DNA of 64,000 bases from a cyanobacterium endosymbiont of Rhopalodia gibba (GTDB taxonomy: Bacteria > Cyanobacteriota > Cyanobacteriia > Cyanobacteriales > Microcystaceae): NCBI GenBank assembly GCA_045159875.1, contig CP067995.1, forward strand, positions 928,001-992,000, written 5' to 3'. Below are positions 48,930-59,814 of this stretch, in pieces. Under the pieces are notes generated by a model, which did no database searches, was not told where the DNA came from, and worked only from the letters and a program-made list of their open reading frames with translations. The position numbers and the translations under genes were made by a program. Position 1 is the stretch's first letter. Each line of letters opens with the position of its first letter.

Positions 48930-49000
48930 CTTCTCTTAAAAGTTGAGGGAAAGAATCATTTTTTAAAATAACTCAGTAACGCTTGTTAGCTAAACTAATT

Positions 49001-49029
49001 TAGGGGTTAACCGTCGCTGTTGACCCCCA
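49001..49029. terminator. REP-like hairpin between convergent genes
   Basis: taggggttaac-cgtcgct-gttgacccc; same type as the hairpin at 63235. Confidence 0.6.
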
Positions 49030-49051
49030 CCTTGGATTTTCCCCTAATTTC

Positions 49052-49663
49052 CTAATTAATAGCAGCAGGGGGAGGATTGCTAACCGAAGGACGACGGTTA
49101 ATCACTTGGTCAATTAGTCCGTATCTTTGAGATTCTTCAGCAGACATGAAAAAGTCTCGTTCCGTGTCTTGAACGATCTGCTCAAGGGGTTTTCCTGTGT
49201 GATGTGCTAAGTGCTCATTGAGTAGTTGCTTTAGATAAAGAATCTCTCTAGCTTGAATTTCAATGTCTGTGGCTTGTCCCTGAGCGCCTCCCAGAGGTTG
49301 GTGAATCATAATACGAGAATTAGGCAAGCTCATCCTTTTTCCTTTAGCTCCTGCGCTGAGAAGGAAAGCTCCCATGCTAGCAGCTAACCCAATGCAGATT
49401 GTAGAGACATCAGGACGGATTTGGTTCATGGTATCAAAAATTCCTAGTCCTGCCGACACAGACCCTCCTGGAGAGTTAATATAAAGATAAATGTCCTTCT
49501 CTGGATCTTCTGATTCAAGGAATAATAACTGAGCAACAATAAGGTTAGCATTCTCGTCTCTGACCTCTTGTCCCAAAAAGACAATACGTTCACGTAACAG
49601 ACGAGAGTAAATATCAAATGCGCGTTCACCACGCCCAGAAGTTTCAATAACGGTAGGAATCAT
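49052..49663 (-). CDS. clpP: ATP-dependent Clp protease proteolytic subunit
   Basis: [47 protein letters not shown] at 49663. Confidence 0.97.
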   Translation of the reverse strand: MIPTVIETSGRGERAFDIYSRLLRERIVFLGQEVRDENANLIVAQLLFLESEDPEKDIYLYINSPGGSVSAGLGIFDTMNQIRPDVSTICIGLAASMGAFLLSAGAKGKRMSLPNSRIMIHQPLGGAQGQATDIEIQAREILYLKQLLNEHLAHHTGKPLEQIVQDTERDFFMSAEESQRYGLIDQVINRRPSVSNPPPAAIN

Positions 49664-50145
49664 AGAGTCTCTATCTTTTGGTGTCTTCCTTTTGATTTTA
49701 GCGAGTTTGTTCGTGTGTTGAACCTCATATTTTCTAAATGAGACACTCATAAGCTTTATCAAATACGCTTTATATGGCGGTAAGTTACAGTTAAAATACA
49801 CTAAATAATGTCAAGTTAAACTATATTGATATTCATTCAAAATTCTACTTAATTTATTTGTATATTCATCACTCAGGAAGTTATAAGTCTTGATTTGAAT
49901 TAATCTAGAGTTAGTGCGTTATTCAATAAAGTGCTGAAGAAAAATGGAAAGTAGCGTGTCTAGAACTAGAATAAACAACATTGGGTTTTGGTAGATAATT
50001 TTGTAGAACAAAAGATTTTTATCTTTAAATTAAGTATCCTTCGCTTATCACGTTTGTCGAGTATACTCTGTCTTCAGACTAATTGCTCTTTTGGCTTTAA
50101 CTTTTTAATCCTCACCTTGACTAGAAATCAGCTAATAAGGACAAA

Positions 50146-50233
50146 GTTTTTGGTATTTATCAAGTTCGTTTTTGGTATTTATCAAGTTCGTTTTTGGTAT
50201 TTATCAAGTTCGTTTTTGGTATTTATCAAGTTC
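50146..50233. repeat. Four perfect tandem copies of a 22-bp unit
   Basis: gtttttggtatttatcaagttc at 50146, 50168, 50190 and 50212, with no spacers. Confidence 0.97.
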
Positions 50234-50277
50234 CTAACTAATAGAAGCGATATCAACAAGCTTGCTCGGTTTGGCAG

Positions 50278-50309
50278 GGTTTTCGTTTTTTGATCAAAAA
50301 ACGAAAACC
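50278..50309. repeat. Perfect 32-bp palindrome
   Basis: ggttttcgttttttga|tcaaaaaacgaaaacc. Confidence 0.95.
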
Positions 50310-50483
50310 GTCTTTATTGAACTAATCTTTTAGTTAGAGCTAACATTTTTAAAATTAGATAAACTCTTTTTAAGGTGATACGCTTTTGCTTGTTACATTG
50401 AGTGAGCGATATAACCCGTTGGTTCTACCGAGTTAAAAAAGTTTAATATTTGTGTAGATGTAATCGTTATTTTAAAATTACTT

Positions 50484-51788
50484 ATGACTTCAACTTTGCT
50501 TAAAACCTCAGCTTTCAATGCTCCCATAATTCATATTCTTCCCAATGGGTTGACCATCATTGCTGAACAAATACCAGTTGAAGTGAGCAATTTTAACCAG
50601 AGGTTGAAATTATGGTCTGCGTTGAAGTCTAATGATATTCATGGGATAGCGCATTTCTTAGAACATATGCTCTTTAAAGGAACCTCTCGTCTCAAAAGTG
50701 GAGAACTTGAACGATTAGTTGAAGAACGAGTAGCACTGACCAATGCAGCGACTTCGCAAGATTATACCCATTACTACATCAATTGTGTGCCTTAAGATTT
50801 CAAAGACCTTGCCCCATTGTAATTAGATATGGTGTTCAATCTTAATATTGTTGATGAGGCATTTGAACGAGAACGATTAGTAGTTTTAGAAGGAAGAAAT
50901 CAGCCGGTTAAATTATAATCCTCGTCTTCGGACTTTTTACCGGGCGATAGAGACTTGTTTTGAGGTCTTGCTCTATCGTCGTCGCGTGCTAGGACCAGCA
51001 TCTACCATTGAAGGACTAATTGCCCAACAAATGCAAGACTTTCACGAAACTTAGTATCAACCTGAATCAGTAACAGCAGTGACAGTGGGTAATCTTCCTG
51101 CAGAAATGTTAATTTACATTGTAGCGAAGAGTTTTAGTCAAACCTGTAGGTCTTCTAGTATTAAGCCAAAAAATGTACAAGAGAAAAAATCGGTTTAGTT
51201 TTTACCTGAAGTTCCTTTTACTAAAATTGTGCGTCGGGAATTTAGTAATTTCAGTTTACGGCAATCTCGCTTAATAATGATGTGGCGAGTTCTTGGTTTA
51301 GTTGAATTAGATAGAATCTATCCTTTGGATGTATTAGCAGTTGTTTTAGTACAAGAAAAAATATCGTGGTTATTTCCGAAATTACTCGAAGACAAGAAAT
51401 TAGTTTTCTATATTAACGTTAACAATATAACAAAAAAAATTGAGAAATATTTTATATATTAACTTAATTACTATCAGAAAATATTCTGTAGGTGGAACAA
51501 ATTATCATTAAGCATATTACCAATATTAGGCAAATATCGGTGATGTAAACTGAATTGAATCGTGTACGGATTTAGGTGACTCATCGGCTTGTGTTTAGTA
51601 GTGATAGTCCGAACAATCGTGCTAATCTTTATGGTTATTATTATTCTCAGTTACAGGATTTAGAATCAGCTTTGACCTATCTAAGTTGTATACAATTTCC
51701 GAGTCTAGAAAATATCCAACAAACTGCTTTTGCTTATTTGTCTTCTGAATCAGATGGTATTACAATAGTATATTTTACTGATAAATAA
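50484..51788 (+). pseudogene. Peptidase M16 (pitrilysin) family, pseudogene
   Basis: LPNGLTII, AHFLEHMLFKGT (HxxEH) and NAATSQDYTHYY, then stops and frameshifts; three fragments in the ORF track. Confidence 0.9.
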
Positions 51789-51808
51789 TTAGTAATTACT
51801 AAACAAAA

Positions 51809-52678
51809 ATGTGGACAGAAATTGCTCAACATATTTCTCAGGCTACTCAACAGGAGTTTCAGATTAAAAACCGACGTTCTGTTAATGGAGGTTGTATCAA
51901 TCAATGTTACTCCTTGATTGGGGATAACATTACTTATTTTGTCAAAATTAATCAAGCTTCCCAGGTAGAAATGTTTGCAGCTGAAGCATTGGGTTTAAAA
52001 CAAATATCAAACACTAAGACCATTCGTGTTCCTCAAGTAATTTGTTGGGGAATAGCCGAAAAAACTAGTTATATTGTACTTGAGTGGATAGAATTTTGTC
52101 GAGGGACTAATCAATCTTGGGAGGAGATGGGACGTAAATTGGGGACAATGCATCGCCATCAAGGGGCTGATCAATTCGGTTGGGAACAAAACAATACGAT
52201 TGGTTCTATCTCTCAGATAAATATTTGGACTGATAGTTGGGCGGATTTTTTTGCAGAATACCGTGTTGGTTATCAATTAAAGTTGGCAAGACGACGTGAG
52301 GGAAATTTTTCTGACTGTACTCAAGTTGTGGAGATGGTTAGGGAGTTATTAGCCGATAGAAAACCCCAACCTTCTTTGGTACACGGAGACTTGTGGGCAG
52401 GAAATGTAGCGGTAACTCAGGAAGGAGAACCGGTTATTTTAGATCCTGCTATTTATTATGGCGATCATGAAGTCGATTTAGCGATGACAGAACTATTTGG
52501 GGGATTTTCTGGTAGATTTTATAGAGGCTATAATGAAGTTTTTCCTTTAGAAAAAGGTTACCAAAAACGCAAAACAATTTACAATCTATATCATATCCTA
52601 AATCATTTCAATTCGTTTGGAAGTGGATATCGTTCCCAGGTTGATCGAATGATTCAGACAATTCTAACTAGTGGATAA
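51809..52678 (+). CDS. Fructosamine kinase family protein
   Basis: GGCIN, MFAAEALGL, FGWEQNNTIG, PSLVHGDLW and DLAMTELFGGF. Confidence 0.92.
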   Translation: MWTEIAQHISQATQQEFQIKNRRSVNGGCINQCYSLIGDNITYFVKINQASQVEMFAAEALGLKQISNTKTIRVPQVICWGIAEKTSYIVLEWIEFCRGTNQSWEEMGRKLGTMHRHQGADQFGWEQNNTIGSISQINIWTDSWADFFAEYRVGYQLKLARRREGNFSDCTQVVEMVRELLADRKPQPSLVHGDLWAGNVAVTQEGEPVILDPAIYYGDHEVDLAMTELFGGFSGRFYRGYNEVFPLEKGYQKRKTIYNLYHILNHFNSFGSGYRSQVDRMIQTILTSG

Positions 52679-52739
52679 TGCTAAGAGACTGAAAGTGTAT
52701 ACCCAAGTTGAGGGAGATATTATATCTTGTTATCAGCTA

Positions 52740-53173
52740 TTATTTAGATTGACAATAACTATTCATTCTATTTCCCAATTTTGGTTCTTTTTGACCTAAT
52801 TGTTGTAGTTGTTGTTGCATTAACTTAACCGTGTTGATATCCTTTTTTTGTAATGCAAATATGAACTGCCGAGTTGTTTGAGCGTATCCTTGGTAAATGT
52901 TAGCAAATCCTAGCTGATATTTAACTAATTTTTCATCAGAAATAGATAGATTTTTCATCTCAGCTGCTGCTTTCTCAAAAGAGTCAGCCACTTGTAATGC
53001 TTTTTGAATATCCTCTGTTCTACGATTAGCTCGGCTTTCTTTAGCAATTGCTTGAGTAATTGAGATTATTTTTTTACATTGAGAAACTCTATTTTCCGAA
53101 CAACTAACCAAAATCATACTCGGTAAAATAACTAAAAATAAAGCATTTATAATTTTTTTTTTAAGAAAGTCAT
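52740..53173 (-). CDS. Putative lipoprotein; signal peptide out of frame across an A10 tract
   Basis: ORF 52740-53117 begins at the lipobox LVSC; the upstream ATG at 53173 comes into frame if one A is added to the tract at 53153-53162. Confidence 0.7.
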
Positions 53174-53178
53174 TTGAA

Positions 53179-53463
53179 CTAATTAGAAAAAATAGTACTG
53201 GTTACTAGAGTTCGGAGAATATTAGTTAGCCGAGTCAACTGCTCCTTTGATTCACTTTGGCTATCCACTAAGGTTTGTACAGATTCAGTTAAAGCAAATA
53301 TCTGATATCCTTGCTGTTGAATTTGATTTTCTTGTCGTTCTATTTTTTCAGATATATCATTTATTTTTTTTGTCAATTTTTCTACTGTATTTGTAGTTGC
53401 AATTATGGTTTCTCCCATATGTTTTATGATGCTGGTTAATTGCTCAGTTTGATCACTCATCAT
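53179..53463 (-). CDS. Coiled-coil hypothetical protein
   Basis: 94-aa ORF with QIQQQGYQIFALTE; AAGGA upstream; 5 bp from the next ATG. Confidence 0.75.
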   Translation of the reverse strand: MMSDQTEQLTSIIKHMGETIIATTNTVEKLTKKINDISEKIERQENQIQQQGYQIFALTESVQTLVDSQSESKEQLTRLTNILRTLVTSTIFSN

Positions 53464-53622
53464 ATTATTTTCCTTGGTTGAATAGATAAATATTATATAA
53501 TAATATTTATCTTTAGTGAAGGTTTAGTGAAGGATATTTTTTATGGTTTTAAAGTGGTAATTTAACAAGTTTATTAATTTGGCAAGTTGACACTTAGTAT
53601 AATCTACGCGAAACAGGTTTTA

Positions 53623-53652
53623 AGTTTACCTCGCGGGCAAGTGAGGTAAACT
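53623..53652 (-). terminator. Hairpin downstream of galE
   Basis: agtttacctcgc-gggcaa-gtgaggtaaact. Confidence 0.55.
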
Positions 53653-53758
53653 GTGTATTACTGGCTGAGTACCTTAATTTTAGCCATCATTAAGATATCT
53701 AAACCCATCACAAATCCGTAAGTTTTAAGAATTTTTAGCTAAAAATTAGACATTTTTC

Positions 53759-54766
53759 TTATTTATTTACATTTCCATGACGTTTCTGATGCCAATACCA
53801 AGCATGATTCACAATAGTTTCTAAGTCGGGATACTTAGGTTTCCAACCCAGGGTAATTCGGGCTTTTTTGCTACTTCCGACTAGGATAGGGGGATCTCCT
53901 GGACGACGATTACTTTCTTGGACTGGAAAATCGATCTGCGTTACTTTTTTAGCGGTTTTAATCACTTCGCGTACGGAAAATCCATTACCATTGCCTAAAT
54001 TGAAAACATCACTTTTTCCTTCTTCTAAAAGGTATTTTAAGCCTAAGACATGAGCTGAAGCTAGATCATCAACATGAATATAATCTCTAACTGCTGTTCC
54101 ATCTGGAGTATCATAATCCGTCCCAAAAATAGACAGATAATTCTGTATTTTTAAGGCTGTTAATAACGCTAAAGGAATTAAGTGGGTTTCGGGATGATGA
54201 TCTTCTCCTAACCTTCCCTGGGGATTAGCTCCTGATGCATTAAAATAACGGAAAGCGACAGACTTTAAATCATAGGCTCGATCAAAGTCTTGCAAAATTT
54301 GTTCTATCATTGCTTTACTAACTGCATAGGGACTCAAGGGATCTTGAGGATGGTTCTCCATCATGGGAATTTGTTGAGACATCCCATAGATGGCGCAAGT
54401 AGAGGAAAAGACAAACCTTTTGATGTTGGCAGCTAACATAGCTTCTAATAAAGTCAAGGTACCAACTACATTATTACGATAATATCGACCAGGATTAGCT
54501 ACTGATTCTCCAACAGCAATGTAGGCAGCAAAGTGCATCACTGCCGCAATATCGTGACGGGCAAAAAGTTCATCGAGTAGGGGACGATCATTCATATCCC
54601 CCACAATCAATTCAACTTGTAATACATCCTCAACAAATTCAGGGTGTCCTTCGCTGAGATTATCTAAGATAATTACGTTGTATCCCGACTCTTGGAGAGC
54701 AAGTACAACATGGGAACCAATATACCCTGCTCCTCCTGTTACTAAAATAGTAGGTTTTGTGTTCAT
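53759..54766 (-). CDS. galE: UDP-glucose 4-epimerase
   Basis: TGGAGYIGSH, HFAAYIAVGES, YAVSK, RYFNASG and DGTAVRDYIHV. Confidence 0.96.
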   Translation of the reverse strand: MNTKPTILVTGGAGYIGSHVVLALQESGYNVIILDNLSEGHPEFVEDVLQVELIVGDMNDRPLLDELFARHDIAAVMHFAAYIAVGESVANPGRYYRNNVVGTLTLLEAMLAANIKRFVFSSTCAIYGMSQQIPMMENHPQDPLSPYAVSKAMIEQILQDFDRAYDLKSVAFRYFNASGANPQGRLGEDHHPETHLIPLALLTALKIQNYLSIFGTDYDTPDGTAVRDYIHVDDLASAHVLGLKYLLEEGKSDVFNLGNGNGFSVREVIKTAKKVTQIDFPVQESNRRPGDPPILVGSSKKARITLGWKPKYPDLETIVNHAWYWHQKRHGNVNK

Positions 54767-55369
54767 GAGATCTCCTTAAGACTTAATGATTAATAGAACA
54801 GAAGACACAATAGTGAACATCTCTATCCCTTCAATGGTTCTCTCTCTTAATTTAAGATAAGGTATTAAGTTGATTAAGAAAAGCAATTATGGAGAGTCTT
54901 AAGTCGAAGATAACTTATGTTAGAAGTTTTTTAATCAAAGAATATCTTACTAAGAATAGTTAGAGCTACTGATACAGTTCTTTTGATTTATTATTAAAAA
55001 ATAATCCTATTTTTTAATAAAATAATTTATTAAAATCTTTAAGAGATAGAGATAAAAGCTAGTTGACAAAAAATACATAGGTAAGTTTATAGCAGCATTA
55101 TTTACTAATAAATAATCAATCTTAATTAGTTGATCACAGTAAAACTATCTTTCTTTCTTCTCTAGTATTTGTTCAGAAAGACGCTTAAAAAAATAGTAAA
55201 TATTAGATTTTTTTAAATAAAGACAAGACTGTTTGCAAAAAAAAATATTTAATTTTTTCTAGATTAAATATCATTTAACTTTGATAATATTTAATTGCTC
55301 ATCGATTAACAGGATAAACTTAGGTCTTAAGGACTTGACTTTTTTGATAGTGAGGTTGTAATGTTCTTG

Positions 55370-55406
55370 ATAGTTTTTCATCTATCAAGAATAGTTTTTA
55401 ATCTAT
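55370..55406. promoter_or_regulatory. Two tandem ATAG-N8-CTAT boxes (NdhR/CcmR-type LysR operator) upstream of bicA
   Basis: atag-tttttcat-ctat (55370-55385) and atag-tttttaat-ctat (55391-55406), 21 bp apart. Confidence 0.65.
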
Positions 55407-55612
55407 CAAAAAAAGTAATTTTATAGAATCTAATCTGTTTTATAGAAGACCAAGCATTTTGGCAATAAATAGGTATATTCTCAACGTAGTTCTAGGATTC
55501 AACTCAAAGTTGAATAAAAATCTAAAAAGGCTCATACAAAAATGCTTAAAATAAATTAAAGAATCTAGAGAGAACAACTAAACAGAACAATGTAATTAAC
55601 CTTTAACAATAT

Positions 55613-57289
55613 ATGCAGATTACTAATCGTATTCACTTTAAAAATTTACGGGGCGATATCTTTGGCGGAGTTACCGCAGCTGTGATTGCCCTCCCCATGG
55701 CCCTGGCTTTCGGAGTAGCTTCGGGCGCGGGGGCGATCGCCGGACTATGGGGGGCAGTATTAATTGGCTTTTTTGCTGCCCTATTTGGCGGAACACCCAC
55801 CTTAATTTCTGAACCTACAGGGCCGATTACAGTAATGATGACAGCCATTGTAACCAAGATGATTGCACATAATCCAGAAAATGGACTAGCCATGTCCTTT
55901 ACTGTAGTAATGTTAGCAGGGATTTTTCAGATCATTTTCGGTTTGTTAAAGTTGGGAAAATACGTCACCCTCATGCCCTATACAATAATCTCGGGGTTTA
56001 TGTCAGGAGTGGGACTAATCCTCATTATTCTTCAGTTAGGACCATTTCTTGGTCATGTAAACCCTAAAGGGGGAGTCATTGAGGCTTTGAAAGCACTACC
56101 CTATTTTATCATCACGCTAAGTCCAACTGAAACAGCTTTAGGATTGTTGACAATAGCCATTCTCTACTTAATGCCCTCTAAAGTTAAAAAGTTTATTCCC
56201 TCCCAATTAATTGCCCTCATAGTGGGAACTTTAATTACAACTTTCTTTTTATCAGAAGCAGATATCCATATCATTGGCGAAATTCCTACGGGATTTCCTC
56301 AGTTGCATTTTCCTGTTTTTTTCCTTGACCAAATTAATGAAATGTTGGTGGATGGTCTTGTTTTAGGGATGCTTGGTTGTATTGATGCTTTATTAACCTC
56401 TGTCATTGCTGATAGTTTAACTCAAACTCACCATGACTCTGATAAAGAACTAATCGGTCAAGGAATTGGAAACTTGGTTTCTGGGTTGTGTGGGGGACTT
56501 CCTGGGGCAGGCTCCACCACGGGAACTGTTATCAATATTCAAGCAGGGGGACGCACTGCTTTATCTGGTTTAAGTAGGGCTTTTATTTTGCTAATTGTAG
56601 TACTTTGGGCTGCTCCTTTAACCAAGAATATTCCCTTAGCGGGTTTGGCTGGTATTGTCCTTAAGATAGGGATTGATATTATTGACTGGAAATTCTTAAA
56701 ACGAGCTCACAGACTTTCAATCAAAGCAGCGGTTATTATGTATGGGGTAATGCTACTAACTGTCTTTTACGACTTAATCACGGCAGTTAGTCTTGGAGTT
56801 TGTATGGCTAATATTTTAACTATTCAACATCTAGCAGATATTCAATCTGCTTTGGTCAAAACAATTGATACACCCGATGATAAGACTATATTATGTGATA
56901 CAAGCAGGCGTCTTATGGAAAAAGCTAACAAACGAATTATGCTCTTAGATTTGAGCGGTCCTATGAGTTTTGGAGCAGCAAAAGCGATTACTCAACGACA
57001 GGCAATTATAGATAATTATGATGCTCTGATTATTGATTTAAATGGTGTCCCCTTATTGGGAGTAACAGCAACTTTAGCTATTGAAAAAATGATCGATGAG
57101 GCCGCTAAGAAGTCAATAGAAATTTATATTGTTGGGGCTAATATAAAAATTAAAGAGCGGTTACAAAAGTTTGATATTTTTAGACGTATTCCTCTACAAA
57201 ATCGCTTTGATAGTCGAGTAGCTGCCTTACATCTTGCAGTTGCTTCTCTCGAAGGAGAAGGAAAAATACTGAAAGAAATTGATGAATAG
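55613..57289 (+). CDS. bicA: SulP-family Na+-dependent bicarbonate transporter BicA
   Basis: MQITNRIHFKNLRGDIFGG, LPMALAFG, ISEPTGP, DSDKELIGQG and a STAS domain. Confidence 0.88.
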   Translation: MQITNRIHFKNLRGDIFGGVTAAVIALPMALAFGVASGAGAIAGLWGAVLIGFFAALFGGTPTLISEPTGPITVMMTAIVTKMIAHNPENGLAMSFTVVMLAGIFQIIFGLLKLGKYVTLMPYTIISGFMSGVGLILIILQLGPFLGHVNPKGGVIEALKALPYFIITLSPTETALGLLTIAILYLMPSKVKKFIPSQLIALIVGTLITTFFLSEADIHIIGEIPTGFPQLHFPVFFLDQINEMLVDGLVLGMLGCIDALLTSVIADSLTQTHHDSDKELIGQGIGNLVSGLCGGLPGAGSTTGTVINIQAGGRTALSGLSRAFILLIVVLWAAPLTKNIPLAGLAGIVLKIGIDIIDWKFLKRAHRLSIKAAVIMYGVMLLTVFYDLITAVSLGVCMANILTIQHLADIQSALVKTIDTPDDKTILCDTSRRLMEKANKRIMLLDLSGPMSFGAAKAITQRQAIIDNYDALIIDLNGVPLLGVTATLAIEKMIDEAAKKSIEIYIVGANIKIKERLQKFDIFRRIPLQNRFDSRVAALHLAVASLEGEGKILKEIDE

Positions 57290-57524
57290 ATAGATACAAG
57301 TGGAGTTCAGTTTTTTAATCAACAATCTTCTATCAAAGGTGATTCCACTGTAGAACCAGAAGTTTTATCAGAAGATCACTCTGTTCAACAGAGATTAATT
57401 AATAAGTGAATGTCAAATAAAAAGATGGGGCAACTATTATTTCATTCTTTTTCAAGAAGATTCTCTTTGTTTAAAAGTAACAACTATTAGTTAACAAATT
57501 TTATTTAATAAATAAAAAATAATT

Positions 57525-57953
57525 ATGAAAATATTTGAAGATGAAAAATTCTTGGGTTTTATTCACATTATTGAGAATCTTGTCTCTAAAGTGTTGTCAT
57601 TAGCTCTAATTGTTGTTATTTTCGTTTCTCTCTTTGAGCTTATTTTAATTCTTTCAAAATATTTATTTGCGAAGGAACCAGTTGGCTTTTTTGGTCCAAC
57701 TATTATTGAAATTTTCGGTCTATTTCTAAATGTTTTGATTGCGCTGGAACTTTTAGAGAATATTACTGCTTATCTAAAAAAACATATTGTTCAAGTAGAA
57801 CTAGTGGTCGTCACTGCCTTAATTGCTGTTGCTCGAAAAATAATAATTTTTAATCCAATTAAACATCAAAAGTCAGATTTATTTGCTTTAGCTGCAGCAA
57901 GTTTAGCACTTTCCATTAGTTATTGGTTAATTCGAAAGGTCAATTACAAATAG
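57525..57953 (+). CDS. Phosphate-starvation-inducible PsiE family membrane protein
   Basis: LFLNVLIALELLENITAYL..ALIAVARKII. Confidence 0.85.
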   Translation: MKIFEDEKFLGFIHIIENLVSKVLSLALIVVIFVSLFELILILSKYLFAKEPVGFFGPTIIEIFGLFLNVLIALELLENITAYLKKHIVQVELVVVTALIAVARKIIIFNPIKHQKSDLFALAAASLALSISYWLIRKVNYK

Positions 57954-58109
57954 AATAGGTTATAGCAGTATATCTTAAAATTATTTCAGAGATCGTTTAT
58001 GAAGTAAATTTTAAGAGAACTGTAGAGTGTATTAGCGTAGTGCAATGCACAAAAAAAATAAGCCTAGTACTGTCCAGTAGAAAAATAAAAAAAACCACCC
58101 AAACTATCA

Positions 58110-58620
58110 TGTTTTATAAACATATTTTGCTTGATGTTTTCTCTTAAAAAGACTCTCTTAGACTGGCAGTGGATTTGTATTTTATCAGCTCAATTCTCTT
58201 TCAGCTCAATGATCTCTATCTCTTTCAATTATGGAGTTGTTCTCGTTCATTCTGCCTAGTTATCTCCTAATATCTCTTATGATTTAGAATTAGCAGGTTG
58301 AGAACTATCAAAGTTAACTCGTTACCAAGAAACCCTCTCCCAGCCAAGAAATAAAAGGCATCTATGTAGGGGAGAAATCCATTATGGGTAAAATTATCGT
58401 TTAAAAATCGCATTATGCATCAAACTTTTTAGGCAATTCCTATTGGCTTCTAGATCAACAACTCTATCCAACCCAATGGTGAAAAAGACAGGTTAAAATT
58501 TTCTCTGAGTAATCAATCACAAAAGAATACTAAAAATATTTAGTCAACGATCCATGAGGGAATATTGCTTTATTAGACAAGGCCGGCTAAATTTATTTAT
58601 GGAGCATAGCGTAATCAGAC
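58110..58620 (+). pseudogene. Unidentified pseudogene
   Basis: Fragments VTKKPSPSQEIKGIYVGE, YWLLDQQLYPT and NGEKDRLKFSLSNQS in different frames. Confidence 0.35.
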
Positions 58621-59237
58621 CATCATCGTAAACAAAAGTCATCAACTATCAAAACAGTTAACTGTCAGAAGTTGTTTTCTTAGGAAGCTCAGGAAGAAAA
58701 TAGCTTAATTAATAAGATTCGGCATTAGTTGATAATCGGGTTTATTTTGGTGATTAATTTCTCAAATTAATGAGATTTGTTCATAAGTGGTTGCTCACAG
58801 GTATTTTCTGTTGATTGACTAAATAATTAAATTCTTTAGCTCTTAGTAGGTAAAGTATAAATTGTTTTAAATTTTTTTAAACTCCATTCATAGCCTGACT
58901 TAAACAGTAAACTGCTACCATCACTAGTTGTTAAAAGATTAATCAAAAAGCTCGAAGACCCCAGTAAGTATTTTGTGTTTTGCGAATTACACGGACGGCT
59001 AAATTTGCTTTTTTTAAAGAAAAAATAAATGTTTTTTGTCAAAAACGATATAATTGTCTGTCATCGTTTTTGACAGACGAGATACTAAAAACCTAGACGG
59101 AATAAGAATTTAGGAAAAAATATTTTTAGTTATAAAAAGAATCACTTTGTATAAATTGTTTACTAAATTTTACGGTAGTCTGTATCCAATCCAAGAAAGT
59201 GAGGTATGATAAGGAATTGTGAGTTTTTGCTAAGGTC

Positions 59238-59600
59238 ATGAACGCCCAAGAAACTATCAAGTCAATTGAAACCGAATACATTAAGACGAATTTGCCTACC
59301 ATTCATGTGGGGGATACTGTTCGTGTCGGAGTCCGTATTAGGGAAGGGGGTAAAGAAAGAACCCAGCCCTATGAAGGGACAGTGATTGCTATGCGTAATG
59401 GTGGAATCAATGAAACAATCACTGTCCGCAAGATTTTCCAGGGCGTAGGAGTTGAACGTGTCTTTTTATTACACTCTCCTAGGATTGCTGATATTAAAGT
59501 TATATGCAGAGGGAAAGTCCGTCGTGCTAAGCTTTACTATCTACGTGATCGCGTCGGTAAAGCAACTCGCATACGTCAACGTTTTGATCGTCCTTTATAA
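59238..59600 (+). CDS. rplS: 50S ribosomal protein L19
   Basis: [22 protein letters not shown] and [11 protein letters not shown]. Confidence 0.98.
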   Translation: MNAQETIKSIETEYIKTNLPTIHVGDTVRVGVRIREGGKERTQPYEGTVIAMRNGGINETITVRKIFQGVGVERVFLLHSPRIADIKVICRGKVRRAKLYYLRDRVGKATRIRQRFDRPL

Positions 59601-59704
59601 ATTTCTCCAACAACGGCGCACACAAATAAAAGCGTAAAATGCGATCAGATTGCGCTATGATTGAAAAGCGGTAATGGATAGTTGTCAGTTATCGCTCAAA
59701 CTGT

Positions 59705-59777
59705 GCGCTCTTAGTTCAGTTGGTAGAACGCAGGTCTCCAAAACCTGATGTCGGAGGTTCGAGTCCTCCAGGGCGTG
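59705..59777 (+). tRNA. trnW: tRNA-Trp (CCA)
   Basis: Cloverleaf: acceptor gcgctct/agggcgt, anticodon arm caggt-ctccaaa-acctg, T-loop ttcgagt; standard position before secE. Confidence 0.97.
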
Positions 59778-59814
59778 TTTCTGTGCGGCTTAAGTGAACT
59801 GTTGAGAGGTAACT

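Noticed and set aside
50146..50233. CRISPR array
   Set aside because: The repeats abut with no unique spacers, and there are no cas genes in the window
49988..50293. 101-aa ORF
   Set aside because: Made largely of the 22-bp tandem repeat; no recognisable protein features
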